From the human T2T-CHM13v2.0 reference genome, Homo sapiens: a stretch of DNA of 64,000 nt. The translations under genes and the position numbers were made by a program. The notes under the pieces are model-generated. The model was not told the origin of the DNA and made no database searches. It saw only the letters and a list, made by a program, of their open reading frames with translations. Location: NCBI RefSeq assembly GCF_009914755.1, contig NC_060940.1, one strand, 5' to 3'. Positions 54,621 to 64,000 of this stretch are shown here, piece by piece. Within the stretch, counting starts at the first letter, position 1, and each line of letters begins with the position of its first letter.

Positions 54621-57600
54621 GAGGAATTTTTCATCTGAAGAGGTTAGCATGCATACTGTGTGTTTGTGAGTGGAACAAGTGTTTCCATGATAATATCTAG
54701 GAAATTACTTTTTGAAGTATCTGTCATTGCTGAATGAAATTATTTAGAGCCATGATTCTAAGATTTTGTGAATATATATTATGTGTCAAGCATTGGCTAG
54801 ATACATATCATCCAGAAGTATAAGTGACTACCTTTTTATTTGAACTTTGATACCCCCATAATAAACAAACTTTATATTTCTACAATGTTGGTCAGAGGCA
54901 GAAAGATGAGATGAAAGAAGAGAAACCAAAATATTTTTGTTTCTCTTTTTTAACTCAGATATAATTACTTGACACCAAACAGCAACTTGTATGATAGTGA
55001 TGAAGCTCAAATTATACCCCACTAGATTTATTTATAGTTACAGAAATTCTTTCCTGAAGAATAACTGAAACTGCCTGACACCTCTCAAACAATGAATATT
55101 TTCTGAGACTGAACAAAACACCTTGCTTCATGCCTCAGAAGAAAATATTCAATTCAGTCCCTGCACTGATAGATCATCCAGAGAAAGTCACCCTAATTCT
55201 GTATATGGTAACCAAGAGGTTAATATCTGAAATAAAGTCCAAGAAAGATCCTACTAAGGAGGTAAGAGTTAGAACACAGTTATGGAAGGTCCTCTGGCCA
55301 ACATTGGTCACTGAAGTTCTATATTTTTCCTTCGTGTTTGGTTCTGAGTGTGGGGTTGTCAAGTATATTGAAGGAAGATACTGGTTTCTCCACATTTGTT
55401 ACCTGTTCCTCCACTCGTCCAGCCAGATTACCATTCTCTTCAGAAAGAATCTGGTTTATCCCCAGCTGTCTCCTTTTCAGTACTTGATAGATGTTTTCTG
55501 TCTCTGGTGAAACTTGTCCTATATTAAGAGGTCTTTTCATTGAGATAGCTCCATTTCCCCTTCTCCCTTCAGCATCCCACCTGTCCAGAAGATTTGAAAC
55601 ATTTTCTGCAATTCTATCATTTACAATTTTAATTAAATGTTTGCCAGAGAGAAAATTCCATGAAGGTAAAAAAGGCTGATTATTGGGGTGTTGTATACTA
55701 CTACATTTTCAGTATCTAGCCCAGTCCTGGAACATAGTTGGTGCTCAGTAAGTATTTACTGACTGACAGAAACCCACCACCCTATCAGACACACAAACTG
55801 TCAGACATATATTTGGCTTTCTGATTTTGGAATCCTCAACACACATTCCCATTTTTGCCATGGACGTTAGAGAGGAGTAAGTGGAGAATATCCTGTTTAA
55901 CCCTCCTGTTAAACTGGGAGCCAAATAATCTGCAAATGACTATATCATGTCTGAATTAGACTATATCACCACTGAATTAGAGTCTAAAGATGTATACCAT
56001 CTTAAGTCTTTTGACTTAAAACAAATTACCTGAAACTATCAGATTTTTTTTTAAAATATAGATAATTAGCAATGATAACATATATAATATTTAATTATGT
56101 AACAGAGAGATTATTTAAAAGGATTCTAATCAAATGTGATTCAGGTTGATTTTGTGTAATGGACTGTGAACCATTTCTCCCTATTTAGGTTATGGTTACA
56201 CTTTTGAGAATACAAATTCAAGGGAATGTCACCTTTAACTTCAGAATCATGAGAAGGTGGAAAGAGCAGATATGATTTCCAATTCTACTTTCAAATTGAA
56301 TCTAGACCTATTTTAGCTCAGGTATATCATGAACTGGAGATAACTGCCTAGACAAGAGAAAGCGACCTCCCTCTTTTTCTTCTTGTTTTTCATTCTGACT
56401 GTGTTTAGATGAGTTCAATTCAGTGGAAAAAATATAAAGCACAATAGAATTGTCTATGCTCATGTTGATACTCGTTTTCATTTTGTGAGCCGTTTTGAAA
56501 ACCTCTTTACATAGGCCCTTTTGGTCCAGAGAGTTTATACAGCCTGGATTTTTTTTAATGGCTTATCCTTCCTTGATTATTGCTAATAATTTCCAGCTAC
56601 ACCATCTCCCAGGAAGCTGATCCCCTGAGTTTAGCCTTAAATCCACACCTTCCAGCCAAACAAGACATTTGAATGTCACCTGCAGTTTTTCTGAGGCTGT
56701 TGTAAAGCAGACATAAATTGTTCAAAAATATTGAGAAAGCTATGAATTTAATGGCTCATTCGGTTTTTTGACATTTATTTTTCACGAGCATGTGATCATC
56801 TGCTAAGGAATATTCTAGTTCCATAGTGAGTCAGTCATTTGTGTGGTATTATGAGAGACGATTGAAAGTATATCTTTGTTGAACTTCTATAAGTAAACAC
56901 TTGTGTGAATAACAAATCCAAATTTTGGTAAATGTTAAATATAAAAATTAGATCATTGAGCATTAAAAGTGACCTAGAAGTGATGTAAGGAATAAAACCT
57001 GAATTCTGACTAACATAAAGGATTCAAAGAGTTCAAGAAAGTTGTTTCAACAACAGCATGTACATCAGTCAGCCATATGTCCAAAAATGTTGTTAAGTCA
57101 TCAAAGATATGATCCTTTCATGTAACTAATGAACTCTAATAAATATGTCTAAACAGATCATTAGAGGATAAAATGGTGTAGCACACATACACACAACATA
57201 ACCATTTCTTCAGAGAAAGAGTCATTCATTGTGATTTGCAAAAATCATAAAACAAAGAATCAATTTTTTATTTTGGTTTTGCATAGGAAAGATGAGAAAA
57301 CAATGCATTTTTTTTTCTGAAGTTAAGAAGAACGACTGAGAAATCATTAGAACTTTGAAAACAGTCAAAATCCACAGGGCAAACCTACAAATTCCCAGAG
57401 ATCCAAGAAACATGCTTGTCAATAACGCAAGTGAAGCCAATGTTGAGTTTTTGAAATATCAATGTCATTGACTCCTTGAACTTATCTGATGAGTTTTGCA
57501 TGAGCAATGGAGTTTTATTTAAATTCTGAAGTATTTTACAGACTCTATGTGATTGAAAAAGTCTAGCTTACCAGTCTGTGATTTGGCTACATTATCTCAG

Positions 57601-57944
57601 CAATGATCTGGTCCACACAACAACCATATCTTTGAAACAACCTGCCATATTTTGATCAAACTCTCTCTGACAACTCAATCTACCAATTTAGGTAAATGAT
57701 ATGTATTGATATGTGTATATATAAACATATACACACTCCCTTCTCAAAGGATCACAAATGAAGATGCTCAAAACGTGTGATTGATAGGGGGTAATTCCAC
57801 ATGATAAAATTAGGAAACATTTAAGCTAATGTTAGAATATTATAAAAATAAACCTATATCTCTACTAAAGCTGAATGCTTTGATGAGAACATGGCTAGAT
57901 GTTTAAAAGTTAATCAGTTTTATTATTAGAATTTTAGCTTTAAC

Positions 57945-57986
57945 GTGTGTGTGTGTGTGCGTGTGTGTGTGTGTGGTGTGGTGTGT
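57945..57986. repeat. (TG)n microsatellite, interrupted
   Basis: gtgtgtgtgtgtgtgcgtgtgtgtgtgtgtggtgtggtgtg. Confidence 0.9.
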
Positions 57987-58454
57987 CTTATTCTGGTAGA
58001 TGGAAACAATGCTAATTCTCCAGATACATGAGAGTAGTCTACGGAGAAATGCCCACTGTTTTATAGGAGGGTAACAAATTGATCATTTATAATAAAGCAT
58101 ACAGCTACAGTGCCAGTCCTTTCTTTAGGGGGAAAAAATCTGACTCTTGTCAGGTAAGCTGCTTAGCAAATAGTAAGTTTAATTCCTAACACCCACATGA
58201 GGCACAAGAATAGTTGGATTAACAACTCCAGTGTCATACTGTCAGCTGCTGTTTATTTAAATTAAAATGTCACCATCCAGAAATAAATTAGGAAGTTGAA
58301 AAATGATAAATTTCTTAAACATACAGTACTTTGGTACCTTGTTAAAATAAATCTATTACATTTATGGTTTTGCAGAACTTTACACAGGCTATTTCCATTT
58401 TGACATTCAGAGTATAGCAGATATTTGTTTCTGTTCATCTTGCTTGTTTAACTA

Positions 58455-58590
58455 TTTTCCTCCCTTTCTTCCTCCCTCTTTTTCTCTCTCCCTCCCTCCC
58501 TTCCTCCCACTCCCATTCCCATTCCCTCTCCCTCTCCCTTTCCTTCTCCCTCTCTCTCACTTTCTTTATGTTTCTTTTTTTTCTGTTTTC
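58455..58590. repeat. Polypyrimidine/polypurine tract of (CTCCC/TTCCC)-like units
   Basis: About 130 bp almost entirely C/T on the plus strand. Confidence 0.9.
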
Positions 58591-59152
58591 ATTGACCCAT
58601 CTATGCAATATGAGGCACAAAAAATGTTCTACTAATACACACATGTAAAACGTGTTGTTCATCTTATGTTTATCTAAATATATTTACATATTTACAGATT
58701 TCAATATTCACTTCCTACAACTTTCTATAAACCACTGGCCTTCTTGGGTTTCACTATTATTTGGTATTCATATGTTTGCTGTGAAACAAATGTCTCCTCT
58801 CCACGAGGTTTTACCTTGCTTCTTGTCATTTGAAAGTAAAAATTCAGCCCCCGTCACTCTAAGACATCTCCTGCTATCATCCATATCCCAAGATATTTTA
58901 AGACAGTGATTTGGCTCTGGGTTTGTGGCACAGCAGGTTGTTCCACTTTAGGAGCCAATTTGGTCATAAGTAGGAAGAGAAATAACATCTGATGGAGAAA
59001 AAAAATTCCCTCTCTGTTCCCATTTGGATGTGTTTCTTGCCTGAGACTTTGCAGATCATAAATGATGCAAATGCACAATATAATGCAGGTTAGTCAAATA
59101 TGAGACAGTTGTATACAAACATATTCAGCATTAACAACATGGAGATATTTAC

Positions 59153-59274
59153 TTGGCCGGGTTTTCCATTTTCACATAAAAATGCCTCATATTCGGATGC
59201 GAATTCAGGGGCGTTGTCATTGACATCCAGCACTTTAATAGCAACAGGTACTCGTGATATCTGACTGTGGTTCC
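59153..59274 (-). CDS. CDH8: Cadherin-8 internal coding exon (122 nt; probably exon 9), end of EC4, DXNDN linker and start of EC5
   Basis: Minus strand reads ...TTTTTTCCTTCCCATAG|GG AAC CAC AGT CAG ATA TCA CGA GTA CCT GTT GCT ATT AAA GTG CTG GAT GTC AAT GAC AAC GCC CCT GAA TTC ... AAA CCC GGC CAA|GTAAAT. It translates to [40 protein letters not shown], which has the Ca2+-binding DVNDNAPEF motif and matches the cadherin-8 sequence as I recall it. Phase 1 in, phase 0 out. Not in the ORF track. Confidence 0.96.
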
Positions 59275-60829
59275 CTATGGGAAGGAAAAAATAACATCAG
59301 CATTGAGGGTATTTCATTTTAACGTGCAACTCAACTTTCTCTTGAAAGCATGTGTGTCTGTTTCCAACTTCCCTTAATTAGGATGTTTTCAACATGGTGA
59401 TTATAGAGTCTGACCAAATAAGAAAAATAGCAAGTGCTTGACTGCTTTAAAAAAAAGCATAAATTGTTATTTCAAACACCATTTGCTGAGTTTAGCTTGA
59501 TAAAGACCATTTCTGAATAAATTAAAAGAGGTTTCTTTGATAAAGCAAGCTTTATTTTATAGATAAGGGATCAATTCTTTAAAAGAAAAATGTTGTATAC
59601 AACAAAAATGTATCTCTTTTTTTCTTGAGTAGAACACAACCCATTTTAAGCTCTTACTTGCTTGACTGGCTGTATAATAGAGATGAACACTTAAAACCTA
59701 GCAAAAGGCCAGAACTAAATCACTTGTTGAGAAGTGGTCCTTAACAATGATAAAAGAGGTAAGATTAAAGATGAAATATCATATATTTTATGAATCACAT
59801 TTTTCATTAAAATTGACCCTGGAATATTTTTGAATAAGATGATCCCAAGTGATTTTAATATTGTCATTTTCATGAGGACTTTTATCAATGCAAACGAATA
59901 ATAATCTTCTAATCTTTCCAGGTCAATTCCAATAGCAGAGAACTCAATACATAATCCTCAATCCCTGAATCCTTATTTTTTTAAGTTATGTATGCACACA
60001 TACACACAGAAGGAGATCTAGTCCATTAATACATTCCTGACTTGGGACATGTTATGGTTTTCACTTGCAATAAATGGAATATAGTTTGACTTTGACTGTA
60101 CCATGTAATAATCTTTTGATCTGTTATAAATTATACAGAATGCATTGGAGATAGCCAATTATTTATTTGCATTTCTGTGGCACTGAATATTTATAAGCAA
60201 GCCAAGAGGGGAAAAAATGTTTGGCTTTGAATATGAACAAACAGATTTTCATTTGATATATCAAACTCCTCTTTTTGACAATTGATTACATTTGGAGCTC
60301 TAAAATACTCATTTTTTTTTTTTGGTTAAAGATAAAAGTACTCCTAAAGTATACACCAAATAGCTATATTTATGCTACAGATTTACAGTTGGTTTGCCCT
60401 GCTGGCTCTGCTACAAGATTTGAATTTAGTTGAGTGCCATGACTACTCTCCAATATTCTAATTTGGTTAACTACAAGTGGCTGAATACTATCCTGAGGGA
60501 TTAATGGAACTTGACTTCACTTCCCAAAAATCAAGGTGATGGCCTGAAATGTCTCACCTCATATACCCTTTTTAAATATATATCTAATGAACTTGTTTAT
60601 TCTTCATTCAGGGAGGAAACATGCTCTTTCCTAGTTTTGATAGAAGGAAGAATCTAAATAGACATTTAACTTATGACTCTAACACAAGGCACTCATATTT
60701 TATCCTTTATCTATTCAACAAAACTCTAGGAAGTTTATAATTTGAGTAAGGTGTGGTTATATTTTTAAATATTTACTTCCGTTTTCCAGCCTGACCATTA
60801 GCTAAATAGCAGTTCTTGGAAAGTAAAAA

Positions 60830-61320
60830 GGAGCATAGCATTTTGTGCTAAACATGCACCTTTGGAGACCCAGCTTTTCCTTCTACTACTTGTGTGACTC
60901 TGAGCAATTAATTTAAACTCAATTTTTTTCCTAAAAAAACTGAAACTCAGAAATTTAACACTTTTGTTATAGAATTGTTATAAATGTCATGTGAGAAAAA
61001 TTAAAAGTGTCTTATACAGTATTGGACACACATTCAAAGGTATTATAGCCTTTGCCTTTTGCAATTTTCCACATGAACAGCATCAGGTATATTGAATGTT
61101 TACTATTCATGATGCAAAATATTTCACGTAATCATATTTCATTCAATCTGCACAAAAAATCTATGAAGTAGCTAATGGGATCCCCATATGTAAGATGTAA
61201 ACCTGACACTTAAAATATTATATAATTGTACCAAGATTACTAAGTTAAGCATCAACTTCAAAATGTGATTTTGCTCTTCCAGACATAAGCCATTTTCATA
61301 GTATAATACTGATGAAGTCC
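60830..61320. mobile_element. MIR fragments
   Basis: tacttgtgtgactctgagcaatt...; atccccatatgtaagatgtaaacctgacac. Confidence 0.45.
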
Positions 61321-62037
61321 AAAAAAATACATATACATGTGTATTTGTGCCTCTGTGTGTGTGTATGTGTGTATGAAGGTTACTAATTACTACTATCTCC
61401 TCAAGAATGTTTATAAATTTGTTACAAATACTTACCTGAAATTTGATAAATATTTGAAGTTTTGGCCCAAATATCAAATACCGAATGTCTAAGGGGTTGT
61501 ACCATCATGAAGAGTTTCAGAATTGCACTCGTAATCTGCAACTCTCCCTATGAAACTGTGCAGTTTAACTTCCAGAATTTTGCTTATGGTCCTATTTCAC
61601 CCAACTGGAGTCCCGTTAATTGATTAACTTCTTTTTGTAATTCTCTGTTTTAATTCCAAGAATTGCCGGTTATTCCTTTTAACTCTGTAACACTCATTCT
61701 TTTCATTCGACATCCTAGACCAATTCCTGTGTGTGTAAATAATTAAAGAAACTTCTACTAGATATTTTTACTTTAATCTCGCTAAATATTCAATTAATAA
61801 ATAGTGATTAGCACAGGCTTAATAAACTGCATGTACAGATTAGACAGTGAATAATAGGGGCACAGTCTTAGAAAACTGAAAGTATAAGAAAAAGCTACCA
61901 TATTCCTTAAACATTATTTTGCTCCTTCTGAAGTGAAAAAATTGCTAATTTTACAGATTCAGATACACTGACAATGGTTGATTAGGCCAAGTCAACTATG
62001 TATGATATTATTCTTTGTTTTCCTTATCTTTAATATT

Positions 62038-62072
62038 ACATGCACGTGTGCATGCACACACACACACACACT
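62038..62072. repeat. (CA)n / alternating purine-pyrimidine tract
   Basis: acatgcacgtgtgcatgcacacacacacacacac. Confidence 0.8.
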
Positions 62073-62949
62073 CATATCTACACACTGCAGGCAAACATGC
62101 ATATACACATTTTCTTCCCACTCTTTTGGTTAAAAAATTGTCAAAGTCCATTCTTATTTTTCTCTTTTCTTTTTAATTTGGCCTCATGGTTGCAATAAAT
62201 TGCAATTATCTCTTCAACCTAGATGACCAACAGGTGGCAAAACTCAGGCATAAAGAATGAACAAACTCCATCAGCTTCTTATTGGAGGCAATTTTCAACA
62301 TTAAAGTAGGTTTTCTCATATGTCATATATGGGACAAAGTGTTATTTATCTATCCCTGGGGCCCAGTGCAAAATACCAACTAATATCTTTTTAGGAACAA
62401 TGTGGGATTAGGGAGCTATTACTTAACACTGTTGGAAAATCATGAATGATATATAATGTTTTTTCAATTATCATCTTTCTTGTGTCCCGGCACCTCTGCA
62501 AGCGACTAATGTTTTAGTATAATGGTCAAAGAACTCTTTGTAAATAATTATTATTTTCTTCTTTAGTTTGTGGTTTGTTAGTTTATAGTTCGGTGAGAAA
62601 CTAGGAACTAAATTTGGAACCCACTTTTTATAGCTGTAAAGAATATCATGGTACACAAATTCAACTATTTTTTACATTTATTTAACAATTACGCAAGTGT
62701 ACTAAATTAATTTGTTCTTATTTAGTTGTAGATATTTCTAGATGTTTCCTCTTAATATTTTATCTATTTCTTTAGAAAAGTTAAGCAAAATAAAACCTAA
62801 ACTGTTTACTCTGCACTGAAAAGCTATTTCCAGGTGGTTAGAATTTCTCTAGTTATCCCTCAAAATTTAGCATAAGTCACATCTCTTTCAGAAAGCCATC
62901 TTAACACACCGTTCAATTTTGTTTGTTTGTTTTCCTTGTTGCTTTTTAA

Positions 62950-64000
62950 GACTCATTACATGATAGCCTGAGGAACTCTACAAACCCAGTCTCCAGAAAA
63001 ACTGGTGAAAGTTTTTTTAAAAATAATTAGTCTATGGAAAAAGTCCTAAGGGATACAGCAGGTGAGACAAAAAGATTGAGGTCACTGCCTCCTTCTCTCC
63101 ACAAAGCACTTCACTCCTAAAGAAAGGAGTTTCAAAGCCATGGCTCAAAGATTTTGCTTGAGAGTGAAAGAGAAAAGCAGGCCTTGAAGCAGAAAGTTCC
63201 TTCATATACAAAGGAATGTGACCTTCAAGCCTAAGTGTAAACTCAAAACACTAAAGGTTGCTATGAAAGACAAATGAGAGAGTGTTGGTAGATCTGGTAG
63301 ATTCACTGGAGAGAGAGGCTAGTTGCCAGAGAGAATGCAGATAGAGTCAGCTGAAATGAGCCTTCTAGGAAAAATAACAAATCTCAAACATTTATCTAGG
63401 GAATCATTTCTTTAACAGAGCCCAAATTTGAACAGATCATACCGTGGAACAAATTATGACCTAGGACGCTTTTGAATACAGTTGAGCAGTTGGCTGGCAA
63501 TTAAACAACCTTAATAGCTGGATGTGGTCAGGGACAGAGACAATCAAAGAGAGCCCTGCCAAAACCACTGTATTTCCAGGTGTTTATGTAAATATCCAAC
63601 ACTGTACCTCTGGAGAAGTAAGATCACAGATTTTACACCAATGGGGAAAAAAGGTTTTACTAAAACAATTCAGCAAGTCACAAACAAGTGAGTAATAATT
63701 CCAAACTCCAGAGGAGGATTGGTAACTAGAATTGCTGCATTGTATTATTGAAAATATCTAGTTTCCAAAAAAAGTTACATGACATGAAAATAAGCAAACA
63801 ATAAACAAACATAGGTCAGAGAAAAATCAGGCAAAAGAAATCATATGTGAGAGTGACCATATGTCAGATTTAACAGAGTTCAAAGTAGCCATTAACATAT
63901 ATTTAAAAAGGCATAATTAAATATGTAAATGAAGATGCCATAACAACATAACATCAAGTAGAGAATATCAATAAAAAGACAGAAATTATTAAAAAGGAAG
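62950..64000 (+). mobile_element. Ancient L1M 5' region / ORF1 start remnant
   Basis: gagagccctgccaaaaccactg; atgtcagatttaacagagttcaaagtagccatt; caagtagagaatatcaataaaaagacagaaattattaaaaag, similar to L1MC/ME 5' parts. Confidence 0.55.

Larger units (their letters stand above)
46018..59152 (-). other. CDH8: CDH8 intron (13,135 nt, GT-AG, phase 0)
   Basis: GT at 59152-59151, AG at 46019-46018, candidate branch point CTGAC with A at 46038. Confidence 0.93.

Noticed and set aside
55130-55510. 126-aa plus-strand ORF
   Set aside because: No recognisable domain or splice context; compatible with chance in 64 kb.
56827-56833. AP-1 site TGAGTCA and other single TF motifs (e.g. LEF-like at about 18688)
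   Set aside because: Short motifs occur repeatedly by chance; enhancer function cannot be supported from sequence alone.
58435-58662. Charged RE/WE-repeat ORF
   Set aside because: Translation of the purine-rich simple repeat.

Overview
This window is AT-rich hominid (most likely human) genomic DNA lying inside the type II classical cadherin gene CDH8, which is transcribed on the minus strand. It contains only two coding exons. The first is 59274-59153 (122 nt, [44 protein letters not shown]4/EC5 boundary). The second is 46017-45900 (118 nt, [42 protein letters not shown]5). They are separated by a 13.1 kb intron and followed by more than 45 kb of intron. The rest is interspersed repeats (8 Alus, several L1s including two 5'-inverted copies and a 36-nt micro-insertion, a MER4 solo LTR, MaLR pieces, MER44/MER58/MER20/MER5 DNA transposons, MIR/L2), simple repeats, a 24-25 bp minisatellite and a 102-bp tandem duplication. 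Apart from the ORF carrying the 118-nt exon, and those overlapping the candidate exons discussed in the findings, the supplied ORFs are repeat-derived or spurious. The most interesting signal is a set of in-frame ways to end CDH8 before its transmembrane exon. These are read-through of two weak GTAAAT donors and a candidate distal terminal exon at 23768 that would add a C-terminal RGD motif. The two exons also total 240 nt in phase 1/phase 1, so they could be skipped in frame or circularise into a stop-free ORF. Repeat subfamily names are by eye and old-repeat boundaries are approximate.
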